Source: Escherichia coli
GTDB lineage: Bacteria; Pseudomonadota; Gammaproteobacteria; Enterobacterales; Enterobacteriaceae
Assembly (NCBI RefSeq): GCF_048403405.1
Contig: NZ_CP183131.1
Reading direction: 5' to 3' (one strand)
DNA: 64,000 bases
Both the position numbers and the translations under genes were made by a program. Below the pieces are notes generated by a model that had not been told where the DNA came from, did not search any database, and saw only the letters and a list, made by a program, of their open reading frames with translations. Shown piece after piece: positions 46,524 through 55,153 of the stretch. Positions within the stretch are counted from its first letter, which is position 1, and every line of letters begins with the position of its first letter.

Positions 46524-47024
46524 TCAACCTCTTTTCTTCTTGTTTTGCTCGCGCTTCACCATTGCTCCAGCAGCTTTCAGAAGTCTCTGGTTCTCCGCCA
46601 GCTCCTCTTGGAGTTCCTGAGTATCCTCTTCTGTCTGAGGCTTTTTCAGCTCGGCCTCGCAATATTGGACCTCTTCCTGCAAGCTGACTTTCGCAAACTT
46701 GAGAGCGGCCAGTCGCGTCGTATAAACGCCAAAAGGCAATTCGCCACCTTCCCGGAACTGCTTCAAACACCAGCTCGGTATAGATGGCAACCAACCAAAG
46801 TCCCCATTCTTCCGTGACCTTTTCCCCCACGTAATCCCATCTAACTTTTGGGCAAGATTGACATAGCGTTGATCGCTGGTTGAGTTGCGTCGTTTCTGAA
46901 TAGAGCGAACTATCCACTCTGTAACCTCGACCTTTGCTTTATCATCATCAGAGATGTAATAAAGGGCTGCGTACAACACAGCGCCTTTACGAATGACTGA
47001 TGGTGGGTATGCCTGGGCTTTCAT
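46524..47024 (-). CDS. hypothetical protein (166 aa)
   Basis: ORF in operon. Confidence 0.5.
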   Translation of the reverse strand: MKAQAYPPSVIRKGAVLYAALYYISDDDKAKVEVTEWIVRSIQKRRNSTSDQRYVNLAQKLDGITWGKRSRKNGDFGWLPSIPSWCLKQFREGGELPFGVYTTRLAALKFAKVSLQEEVQYCEAELKKPQTEEDTQELQEELAENQRLLKAAGAMVKREQNKKKRG

Positions 47025-47032
47025 CTATCCCC

Positions 47033-47365
47033 CTATCGCTTTTTCTGTCCGACAAGACGGAGATGATCGGCGGCCAAGTCATACTGCTCGTTTTTGTCGC
47101 GGCGGCGGAATCTGTCAAAAAACTTCCCTCGTGGCAGGGTTTCTTCCATAGCGATCAGGCGGTTCAGCCACACTTCTTGAGGTAGCATCCCTGCTGGAGT
47201 CGGCCCGAGCTTACGTCCTTCCTTGACGTGCTCCATTGTTTGCGTGGCAGTAAAAATCGCACCACCAAACTTTCTCCACTTGAATTGCAGGGGCATATCT
47301 GGAGACTCATCCAGCATCAATTTCTTATTGGTTTGTTCTGTCACGACAATTACTCCACCATCCAT
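47033..47365 (-). CDS. hypothetical protein (110 aa)
   Basis: ORF in operon. Confidence 0.45.
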   Translation of the reverse strand: MDGGVIVVTEQTNKKLMLDESPDMPLQFKWRKFGGAIFTATQTMEHVKEGRKLGPTPAGMLPQEVWLNRLIAMEETLPRGKFFDRFRRRDKNEQYDLAADHLRLVGQKKR

Positions 47366-47874
47366 TCTTCACTAAGCAGGAACGCCCAGCGCTCTTCTGC
47401 TTTTTCTGGGTTGTCTTTGGCCTGTTTGATCATGATCTCGGCGGCGTTAAAGCCTACCTCTCCACTGAACCGGCCCCATGAATGGCTATGCCACTCGCGC
47501 ATCACACTTCGGCCAAGCGATGCAAGTTCTGGACTTACACCCTCATGGAGGGCATAGAGCTCCCAAGCATCCCACCCGTATCGTAATAGGTTGTGCCCTG
47601 GGGCGTTAAAGGCCTGAGCAGCCTTGAACCGCTCTCCAGGCTCCTTCCCTCTAACATCCACACCCTGGAGCACCAACCCCATTACCACTTCAATGACCGG
47701 CTCGCGTTGCTTCTTTGCCAGCTCGATGGCAGCCACCAGCATTGCTTTGGCGTCAGCAAATTTCCCATGCCCTTGGCACATACCGCAGGTTTCTTTGGAA
47801 GGGGAAAAGTCATAAACACCGGAACCAGCACAGAGGCGGCATGTCATGTCAATCATGGGCTCTTCTCTCCTCAT
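47350..47874 (-). CDS. protein with DnaJ-type zinc-finger repeats (CRLCAGSG, CGMCQGHG)
   Basis: Two CxxCxGxG motifs near N-terminus. Confidence 0.55.
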   Translation of the reverse strand: MRREEPMIDMTCRLCAGSGVYDFSPSKETCGMCQGHGKFADAKAMLVAAIELAKKQREPVIEVVMGLVLQGVDVRGKEPGERFKAAQAFNAPGHNLLRYGWDAWELYALHEGVSPELASLGRSVMREWHSHSWGRFSGEVGFNAAEIMIKQAKDNPEKAEERWAFLLSEEWMVE

Positions 47875-48556
47875 ACTCTTCGATGCGCTCTTTCAGACGC
47901 TGAACCACTGGTGCGAGCTCAGGGATAGCTTCCGCTTCCTCAAGCGTGTATCGCTTGTCTTCCTGGTAATCGACTATTTGAGGAGGCCTTGGCTGTTTAG
48001 GGAACTCAGCAAAGTCATTCAGCGACATCGAGGTAGGAAGTCCTCCTTCAATCTCACCTTTTTCGTTGAGTGACTGGGTGACGATAAGCTGTGTTCCGCC
48101 CACCTCGGTATCAAAGCGGTCATCAAAGCGCTCACCGATAGTCCAGCCGCCACGGCCAAGAACACAGGTCGTACTCATACGTAGGCGATTGAATGCTTTA
48201 GCGTCATCCCAGTTCAAAGGATTTTCATCCATGAGGAAAAAAGGCGCTTCGTCCCGAACGAACACCTTGGACTTGGCGTTATCGAAGATCGGCCCAAACA
48301 CCCCCTGCTGGAGGTATGGTTCGACCTTCTCTGCAAGATCCTGGTGCCCTTGAGAACGCAGCGCCTCATAGAGCTGGGTGATTGTTTGTTTGCCGGTGCC
48401 CGGAAGGCAGGACAATACTGTCTGCTTTTCCTCGTCACTCAGGCTTACCATTCTGGACAAAAAGCTGACTACCAGCTCGTTGTGCCCATCGACCGTTTCA
48501 ATGTTGAGCTTGTTCTCGTCCATCTTCTTCCTCAGTAATCGGTTCGATAAATTCAA
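47849..48556 (-). CDS. hypothetical protein (235 aa)
   Basis: ORF in operon. Confidence 0.5.
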   Translation of the reverse strand: MNLSNRLLRKKMDENKLNIETVDGHNELVVSFLSRMVSLSDEEKQTVLSCLPGTGKQTITQLYEALRSQGHQDLAEKVEPYLQQGVFGPIFDNAKSKVFVRDEAPFFLMDENPLNWDDAKAFNRLRMSTTCVLGRGGWTIGERFDDRFDTEVGGTQLIVTQSLNEKGEIEGGLPTSMSLNDFAEFPKQPRPPQIVDYQEDKRYTLEEAEAIPELAPVVQRLKERIEEYEERRAHD

Positions 48557-48866
48557 TGGAGTCCATGCTTACATGACTGATAATGGCTTTCAGGCCGCAG
48601 CAGTCGCATGGTTCAAAGGTCAGTTCTGATCCCTTGGGAGACTGATGCGTGACCGTTGCCACAGCCCCTAGAGGGATCACCCCCCAGCCGTTTTTTAGTA
48701 CCCGAGTAGTTCTGACCAGCCGACCTTTGTACTCTCGTTTCAGTTTCGGATGCGGCACTACCGCATATCGCTTACTCATTTCGGTCCCCTTGTACCAAAG
48801 GCTCGACAACCAGCTCTTGAGCTTCGTCCCAGTCGGACACCTTTGCATCACCAAACGCAAAGGCAA
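48498..48866 (-). CDS. hypothetical protein (start probably internal ATG ~48779)
   Basis: ORF; overlap with upstream gene suggests later start. Confidence 0.4.
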   Translation of the reverse strand: MPLRLVMQRCPTGTKLKSWLSSLWYKGTEMSKRYAVVPHPKLKREYKGRLVRTTRVLKNGWGVIPLGAVATVTHQSPKGSELTFEPCDCCGLKAIISHVSMDSIEFIEPITEEEDGREQAQH

Positions 48867-49158
48867 TTCGCATAGCCACTGTCGGCCTGCCTATTTTCAT
48901 CAAGTAAGCCGCAGCACCGGCACACATCGACTCTTGTCCCGAAGGTGCATAGTTACCCTCTTCATCCCATTCACCACCTGACTTTGAATGCACGGTCTTG
49001 TGGCAATGAAACGTCGTCATGTCGTTTTCAACGATGTCGTTGATGATGCCTTCTAATCGCCCAGGGACCAGCTCGATAGCGCCCTCCTTCCGGAATGGAC
49101 AGTTGGCGCAAGGTTTCTTCAAACGGAGATGATTTGCTTGCTTTGGCATACATATCAC
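48772..49158 (-). CDS. cysteine-rich small protein (CANCPFR...HCHKTV), first gene of the operon
   Basis: ORF ~89 bp downstream of a box. Confidence 0.5.
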   Translation of the reverse strand: MICMPKQANHLRLKKPCANCPFRKEGAIELVPGRLEGIINDIVENDMTTFHCHKTVHSKSGGEWDEEGNYAPSGQESMCAGAAAYLMKIGRPTVAMRIAFAFGDAKVSDWDEAQELVVEPLVQGDRNE

Positions 49159-49246
49159 TTTTACAGTATCATTTTATGATTCTATGATATAGCCATATTC
49201 CGTGTAGTCAATATCTCACTAACAATTACTTTCTATCGGACGCTTA

Positions 49247-49261
49247 CGCGCCCATTTTGGG
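49247..49261. promoter_or_regulatory. GCCCAWTTTGGRCA-type box ~89 bp upstream of the 49158 operon start
   Basis: GCCCATTTTGGGCAG. Confidence 0.5.
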
Positions 49262-49314
49262 CAGATAGACAAGTTATTTGGGCGTTTGGAGTGTGCGAGG
49301 TGGACAGCGGGGAG

Positions 49315-49332
49315 ACTTTCACATGTGAAAGT
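49315..49332. promoter_or_regulatory. perfect palindrome ACTTTCACATGTGAAAGT (parS-like)
   Basis: Same core as 31436 and 52721. Confidence 0.6.
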
Positions 49333-49467
49333 TTTGTTTCTTGGTATCGTTTTATTGTCCCTTGATATTATTTTATGATGCTGTAATAATCATAAATAAG
49401 GGCCGCATCGCTCTTCGACCTTCGTTGCAGCCCTTACAACACAATCAAGCAATTAAGGAGCTTTGTT

Positions 49468-49611
49468 ATGCTGCAAGGCAATACTAACACGAATAAGCGC
49501 ATCCCGCTCGCGGCGTTCATGAAATGGCCGCTGGCGAAACGTCAGGACTTCATCGACCGGGAAATGTCCGGTTGCCCCGACTTTATCAAGACGTCTTTGC
49601 TTCGGCATTAA
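49468..49611 (+). CDS. possible small protein (47 aa)
   Basis: AAGGAG 8 nt before ATG; followed by hairpin; below ORF-track cutoff. Confidence 0.35.
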   Translation: MLQGNTNTNKRIPLAAFMKWPLAKRQDFIDREMSGCPDFIKTSLLRH

Positions 49612-49702
49612 GGCGATCAGGCAGGAAAGCAAAGAACCTCGCTTCGGCGGGGTTCTTCGTTTCTACCTCTTGAATGTTTCGTCAGAACAAACTGGAGCGC
49701 TT

Positions 49703-50338
49703 ATGTCACCAGAAACACAGCAACTTACATCCAAGGCTTTATCTCTCATCGAGCAGTCCCGATACAGAATGGGCACATCTCGGTTTGTTGAGGCCTTTAT
49801 TGACCAGTGGGCATACTTGCAGACTGGCCTATACCCAGCCAAGGAGGAGATCCCGGAAGAACTTCAGCCGGTCGCCTTCGAGCTCTCTCACGTCCTGTCT
49901 GCCGCCATTAAGCGCGACCCCACCAGCGATGTTTTGGGTTACGTCCTAAGCATGTCTGGCTTCCACAAGAAGGGCACCAATTACTTCCCCACTCCTCCAG
50001 AGATTGGCCGCTTGATGTCACTCATTGTTGGCTCACAGTCTTCGGCAGACTTTTATGAGCCCTGCTGTGGTTCTGGCATCAACGCCATTCACTGGATGGA
50101 AAACCTGATCGAGAACCACGGTCCCGAAGCATTGAGAGAAGCCTCAATCTACCTGGAAGACATCGATCCGTTGATGGTGAAGTGCTGCATGATCCAGCTA
50201 TTCCATTATTTCGAGTCCCGCAATACCACTCCCAAAACGCTGAGTATCGTCGGCATAGACACCCTTAGCAGACGAACCAAGAACATCGCCTACTACGCCG
50301 AAAAACCTCCAGCAACCGCCGCTACCGTGGCAGCATAA
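49703..50338 (+). CDS. N6-adenine methyltransferase-like SAM-binding domain protein, apparently lacking catalytic (D/N)PP(Y/F) motif
   Basis: FPTPPEIGRLM and FYEPCCGSG motifs; GGAG RBS; only 211 aa. Confidence 0.5.
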   Translation: MSPETQQLTSKALSLIEQSRYRMGTSRFVEAFIDQWAYLQTGLYPAKEEIPEELQPVAFELSHVLSAAIKRDPTSDVLGYVLSMSGFHKKGTNYFPTPPEIGRLMSLIVGSQSSADFYEPCCGSGINAIHWMENLIENHGPEALREASIYLEDIDPLMVKCCMIQLFHYFESRNTTPKTLSIVGIDTLSRRTKNIAYYAEKPPATAATVAA

Positions 50339-50364
50339 AAAAACCCGCCGATTGGCGGGTTTTG
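50337..50364. terminator. bidirectional terminator (CCCGCCGATTGGCGGG hairpin)
   Basis: A-run / hairpin / T-run. Confidence 0.7.
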
Positions 50365-50390
50365 CATTCAATGCGCTGCTCTATGGCACC

Positions 50391-50669
50391 TTACAGTTTT
50401 CCGTACCGGTTCAAGAACGAAGACCTGTCTAAGATCCCCCAGTCTGTCAGCATGTAGTAGCCGGTGGCACCTCGTTCGCCGGTAGACTCCCTGACGAACA
50501 AGATATTCATTCCGAACTCATCACGCAGGGCAGACAACTGTCTCTTGATCGTTGATTCAGGAATATTTGTTGCCTTGTGAAGGTCTTGGAGACTTGGCTT
50601 CTCCGTTTTAGACAGGGCATTCACCAAAGCAAATTTTCTTTTCATGTCCTGTGAGATCTTCATATTCAC
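50391..50669 (-). CDS. small HTH-type protein downstream of parB
   Basis: 92 aa; helix-turn-helix-like segment ESTIKRQLSALRDEFG. Confidence 0.5.
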   Translation of the reverse strand: MNMKISQDMKRKFALVNALSKTEKPSLQDLHKATNIPESTIKRQLSALRDEFGMNILFVRESTGERGATGYYMLTDWGILDRSSFLNRYGKL

Positions 50670-50711
50670 CTGTTCTTGACAGGCCCAACCTCTCTGGCTG
50701 GGCCTCCTTTA

Positions 50712-51893
50712 TTAGCCTTCGACACTCAGGAGTTCAATGTCTGACACAGGCACATGAACATGCTTTTCCTTGCCTTCGCCATCGAGCGTTTTAACCCAGA
50801 CAGTAGACGGAACCAGAGCAACACGGTCGGTCATGATGACTCCACGTTTGGTCTCGCCATCCAGGTTAACGTTGACAGCAAAAATCAAACTGTCAGCCCG
50901 GACGTTCTTCCATTCCTTGTCCTTCGGCAGAGGAGGAAGAGCATCACCGCCTTCTTCATCTTTGTCCTTGCCGCTGTTATCTGGCTGCTTGACAGGATCT
51001 TTGTGCTCACCCTCTTCATCACGCAAAGGGTCTTCGTCATCATCGTCCTGACCATTGGAATTTTTACCCCCTTCCAGTTCCTCCTGGGCAAGGTTCAGGT
51101 CGTCATTCCCGGTTTGTTCCGACGTACCATCCCCACCCGAGTTGAGGGATTGCTCGTCGGTGTTGCCAGCGCCAAGCTCATCATTCTGGTGGGAGCCAGT
51201 CAGTGGGCCTTTTTCCATTTCGTCTTTGATACGTTTGGCATCATTCAGCAGCTCACGGCTTTGTTTACGAGTAATCCCGTCAGACATAGCCACCGCGCAG
51301 ACGGCGCGACATCTTTCTTCATTCAGATCGAACAAGAGACGAAGGTTATTCAAGGTCTCTGTATCAGAACATACTTCATTATCGTATAACTCACGCACAC
51401 AGTCAGGTAGCTTGAGCAACGACAGATGCGTAGATACGAAAGTGATATTCTTACCGAGCCGATCAGCAATATCCTTTTGCTTCCAACCTTCTTCAATAAA
51501 CAGGTTTAACGCCTCGGCAATCTCTACCGGAGTCAAGTCATCCCGCTGGATGTTTTCGATCAGCTCACCAGCAGTCTCGTCCAAGTTGTTCTGGACCTTA
51601 TCATTCACCACCAAGTCAATGGTCTCGATACCAGCGTGTTTACACGCTCTCCAACGCCGCTCCCCTTTTTGGATGACGAACTTGCCTTCTTCGTTCTTCG
51701 GGAACACGATGATCGGAGACTGCTGCCCTTCGGTCAGCAAGGTTGCCGCCAGCTCTTCAATGTTACGGAAGCGCTTACGAACCTGGACCTTGGATACAAC
51801 GTCGTCAACAGGTACGGTAAGAACCTCTTTGCCTTTCTTGCCTTTGGCGGCTTTAGCAAGTTCGGACAGGCCTTTTAAATTGTTCAATGCCAT
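50712..51893 (-). CDS. parB: ParB-family partition / DNA-binding protein with acidic low-complexity linker
   Basis: ParB box GERRWRA; 393 aa; downstream of parA. Confidence 0.85.
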   Translation of the reverse strand: MALNNLKGLSELAKAAKGKKGKEVLTVPVDDVVSKVQVRKRFRNIEELAATLLTEGQQSPIIVFPKNEEGKFVIQKGERRWRACKHAGIETIDLVVNDKVQNNLDETAGELIENIQRDDLTPVEIAEALNLFIEEGWKQKDIADRLGKNITFVSTHLSLLKLPDCVRELYDNEVCSDTETLNNLRLLFDLNEERCRAVCAVAMSDGITRKQSRELLNDAKRIKDEMEKGPLTGSHQNDELGAGNTDEQSLNSGGDGTSEQTGNDDLNLAQEELEGGKNSNGQDDDDEDPLRDEEGEHKDPVKQPDNSGKDKDEEGGDALPPLPKDKEWKNVRADSLIFAVNVNLDGETKRGVIMTDRVALVPSTVWVKTLDGEGKEKHVHVPVSDIELLSVEG

Positions 51894-51896
51894 CGC

Positions 51897-52688
51897 TTAG
51901 CCCACCTTCTCTAATAGTTCTTCCAACACCGCCTCAACTTCTTTGGCCGCGACATGTCCATAGCGAAGCTCCCAGACAGGGATGCCATCAGTCGTCGCCG
52001 TATCGAGCGGAGGCCGGTGCATAATTTTGTTCTCAAACAACAGATCCGGAACTGTGTTCTCCAGCGACTTGAGGGCTTTGTCGTGATTGACAGAGCGGTC
52101 CATGTCGTTGATCACGATGCCCAGGATCTCCAAATCTTGGTTGTACGCCTCGCGCACACCAATAATCGTGTTCAGGAGACCTTCTACGCCGTCCACAGCG
52201 AAGCCAGAGAGCTTTACTGGACATGCCACATGGGTAGACATCACCAACGCTGCCACCAGCTTTCTGCCGAGGCTAGGCGGACAATCAATCAGCACGTAGT
52301 CGTAGTTCTCAAACAGCTCAGCCAAATGGCGAGCCGGATTCATGGCCTGGTCAAGAGGCACAGCCTCCATCTCAAACAGATCCGGGTCGTTTTTCGGCGT
52401 ATGAATGAGGTCTGCACCGCAAGGGCAGTGCATGACCTCAATGCCGTCCAGCTCGTAAGCGAACAGCTCTGCGGTTTTGGTTCCTGTGAGGATGGGCTCG
52501 TAGTCACCATCCTCAAGCTCTCGTCTGGGGGCCAGTCGAGAGGACGTGTTCCCCTGACCATCCATATCCAAGACCAGCACTTTCTTTTTCTTCTGTAACG
52601 CCAGATAAAAGGCCTGCTGGATACAGAGGGTACTCTTACCCACTCCGCCTTTCTGGTTGGCGAAGCTGATTACTTTTGCCATACCCAC
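51897..52688 (-). CDS. parA: ParA-family partition ATPase
   Basis: Deviant Walker A KGGVGKST. Confidence 0.9.
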   Translation of the reverse strand: MGMAKVISFANQKGGVGKSTLCIQQAFYLALQKKKKVLVLDMDGQGNTSSRLAPRRELEDGDYEPILTGTKTAELFAYELDGIEVMHCPCGADLIHTPKNDPDLFEMEAVPLDQAMNPARHLAELFENYDYVLIDCPPSLGRKLVAALVMSTHVACPVKLSGFAVDGVEGLLNTIIGVREAYNQDLEILGIVINDMDRSVNHDKALKSLENTVPDLLFENKIMHRPPLDTATTDGIPVWELRYGHVAAKEVEAVLEELLEKVG

Positions 52689-52718
52689 CTCTATTTTGGT
52701 TTCTCGCAGGTGATCAAG

Positions 52719-52736
52719 ACCACCCCCAAACTTTCA
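52719..52736. promoter_or_regulatory. parS-like palindrome CTTTCACATGTGAAAG ~33 bp upstream of parA start (candidate centromere/operator)
   Basis: Third copy of the palindrome; ATCATAAAATGAT motif 12 bp away. Confidence 0.6.
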
Positions 52737-52855
52737 CATGTGAAAGATTGTAGCGATCATAAAATGATACTGCAATATCTAATTATGGTTCTGTTAAAAC
52801 AAACTTTAAACAAAAAAACGGCCATGAAGGCCGCTTATTGACAAGGTTTGTGCTG

Positions 52856-53167
52856 TCAGCGCAATTGATTTGCTGCTCCAAGCCCATTCGCCAATAACTG
52901 CATCGCATCGTTGAACAGCGCGGAGCCCCGTTCCGGTGTGAGCAATTCCGGCATATCTTCTCGCGGCCAAGTACCGGCTACTTGAATGAGCAAACTGGCA
53001 GCCCAGTGGATCTGCTTTTCTTCACTTTCATCGGCCAGAGTGCATACGACGGGGAAACCGTACTTACGCCCCCAGCGACTCACCTCTTTGAACGATACCA
53101 GCTCAGGCTTTTGCAAATCCCGGCTGTAGGCCTCAGCTATCATGTGGTTCAGTTCTTTAGCGTCCAT
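52856..53167 (-). CDS. hypothetical protein (103 aa)
   Basis: ORF with downstream terminator hairpin; last backbone gene before resistance island. Confidence 0.5.
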   Translation of the reverse strand: MDAKELNHMIAEAYSRDLQKPELVSFKEVSRWGRKYGFPVVCTLADESEEKQIHWAASLLIQVAGTWPREDMPELLTPERGSALFNDAMQLLANGLGAANQLR

Positions 53168-53473
53168 TTATCCCACTCTATTGTAAACAAGACATTTTTA
53201 TCTTTTATATTCAATGGCTTATTTTCCTGCTAATTGGTAATACCATGAAAAATACCATGCTCAGAAAAGGCTTAACAATATTTTGAAAAATTGCCTACTG
53301 AGCGCTGCCGCACAGCTCCATAGGCCGCTTTCCTGGCTTTGCTTCCAGATGTATGCTATTCTGCTCCTGCAGCTAATGGATCACCGCAAACAGGTTACTC
53401 GCCTGGGGATTCCCTTTCGACCCGAGCATCCGTATGAGACTCATGCTCGATTATTATTATTATAGAAGCCCCC

Positions 53474-54289
53474 ATGAATAAATCGCTCATCATTTTCGGC
53501 ATCGTCAACATAACCTCGGACAGTTTCTCCGATGGAGGCCGGTATCTGGCGCCAGACGCAGCCATTGCGCAGGCGCGTAAGCTGATGGCCGAGGGGGCAG
53601 ATGTGATCGACCTCGGTCCGGCATCCAGCAATCCCGACGCCGCGCCTGTTTCGTCCGACACAGAAATCGCGCGTATCGCGCCGGTGCTGGACGCGCTCAA
53701 GGCAGATGGCATTCCCGTCTCGCTCGACAGTTATCAACCCGCGACGCAAGCCTATGCCTTGTCGCGTGGTGTGGCCTATCTCAATGATATTCGCGGTTTT
53801 CCAGACGCTGCGTTCTATCCGCAATTGGCGAAATCATCTGCCAAACTCGTCGTTATGCATTCGGTGCAAGACGGGCAGGCAGATCGGCGCGAGGCACCCG
53901 CTGGCGACATCATGGATCACATTGCGGCGTTCTTTGACGCGCGCATCGCGGCGCTGACGGGTGCCGGTATCAAACGCAACCGCCTTGTCCTTGATCCCGG
54001 CATGGGGTTTTTTCTGGGGGCTGCTCCCGAAACCTCGCTCTCGGTGCTGGCGCGGTTCGATGAATTGCGGCTGCGCTTCGATTTGCCGGTGCTTCTGTCT
54101 GTTTCGCGCAAATCCTTTCTGCGCGCGCTCACAGGCCGTGGTCCGGGGGATGTCGGGGCCGCGACACTCGCTGCAGAGCTTGCCGCCGCCGCAGGTGGAG
54201 CTGACTTCATCCGCACACACGAGCCGCGCCCCTTGCGCGACGGGCTGGCGGTATTGGCGGCGCTGAAAGAAACCGCAAGAATTCGTTAA
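53474..54289 (+). CDS. sul2: sulfonamide-resistant dihydropteroate synthase Sul2
   Basis: Protein matches Sul2 along its length (MNKSLIIFGIVNITSDSFSDGGRYLAPDAAIAQARKLMAEGADVIDLGPASSNPDAAPV...). Confidence 0.95.
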   Translation: MNKSLIIFGIVNITSDSFSDGGRYLAPDAAIAQARKLMAEGADVIDLGPASSNPDAAPVSSDTEIARIAPVLDALKADGIPVSLDSYQPATQAYALSRGVAYLNDIRGFPDAAFYPQLAKSSAKLVVMHSVQDGQADRREAPAGDIMDHIAAFFDARIAALTGAGIKRNRLVLDPGMGFFLGAAPETSLSVLARFDELRLRFDLPVLLSVSRKSFLRALTGRGPGDVGAATLAAELAAAAGGADFIRTHEPRPLRDGLAVLAALKETARIR

Positions 54290-54349
54290 CTGCACATTCG
54301 GGATATTTCTCTATATTCGCGCTTCATCAGAAAACTGAAGGAACCTCCA

Positions 54350-55153
54350 TTGAATCGAACTAATATTTTTTTTGGTGAATCGCATTCTGACTGGTTGCCT
54401 GTCAGAGGCGGAGAATCTGGTGATTTTGTTTTTCGACGTGGTGACGGGCATGCCTTCGCGAAAATCGCACCTGCTTCCCGCCGCGGTGAGCTCGCTGGAG
54501 AGCGTGACCGCCTCATTTGGCTCAAAGGTCGAGGTGTGGCTTGCCCCGAGGTCATCAACTGGCAGGAGGAACAGGAGGGTGCATGCTTGGTGATAACGGC
54601 AATTCCGGGAGTACCGGCGGCTGATCTGTCTGGAGCGGATTTGCTCAAAGCGTGGCCGTCAATGGGGCAGCAACTTGGCGCTGTTCACAGCCTATCGGTT
54701 GATCAATGTCCGTTTGAGCGCAGGCTGTCGCGAATGTTCGGACGCGCCGTTGATGTGGTGTCCCGCAATGCCGTCAATCCCGACTTCTTACCGGACGAGG
54801 ACAAGAGTACGCCGCAGCTCGATCTTTTGGCTCGTGTCGAACGAGAGCTACCGGTGCGGCTCGACCAAGAGCGCACCGATATGGTTGTTTGCCATGGTGA
54901 TCCCTGCATGCCGAACTTCATGGTGGACCCTAAAACTCTTCAATGCACGGGTCTGATCGACCTTGGGCGGCTCGGAACAGCAGATCGCTATGCCGATTTG
55001 GCACTCATGATTGCTAACGCCGAAGAGAACTGGGCAGCGCCAGATGAAGCAGAGCGCGCCTTCGCTGTCCTATTCAATGTATTGGGGATCGAAGCCCCCG
55101 ACCGCGAACGCCTTGCCTTCTATCTGCGATTGGACCCTCTGACTTGGGGTTGA
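54350..55153 (+). CDS. aph(3'')-Ib: aminoglycoside 3''-phosphotransferase APH(3'')-Ib (StrA)
   Basis: Protein recognised as StrA (MNRTNIFFGESHSDWLPVRGGESGDFVFRRGDGHAFAKIAP...). Confidence 0.95.
   Translation: MNRTNIFFGESHSDWLPVRGGESGDFVFRRGDGHAFAKIAPASRRGELAGERDRLIWLKGRGVACPEVINWQEEQEGACLVITAIPGVPAADLSGADLLKAWPSMGQQLGAVHSLSVDQCPFERRLSRMFGRAVDVVSRNAVNPDFLPDEDKSTPQLDLLARVERELPVRLDQERTDMVVCHGDPCMPNFMVDPKTLQCTGLIDLGRLGTADRYADLALMIANAEENWAAPDEAERAFAVLFNVLGIEAPDRERLAFYLRLDPLTWG

Noticed and set aside
50754-52598. Plus-strand ORFs over parB/parA (50754..51389, 51055..51900, 51954..52598)
   Set aside because: Antisense to ParB (GERRWRA) and ParA (KGGVGKST); S/R-rich translations typical of antisense frames.
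53474-54289. Class 1 integron context for the sulfonamide gene
   Set aside because: The gene is sul2 (MNKSLIIFGIV...), not sul1; no intI1, attI or attC sequences seen.
53395-54295. Minus-strand ORFs overlapping sul2
   Set aside because: Antisense frames in a GC-rich gene; sul2 product is unambiguous.
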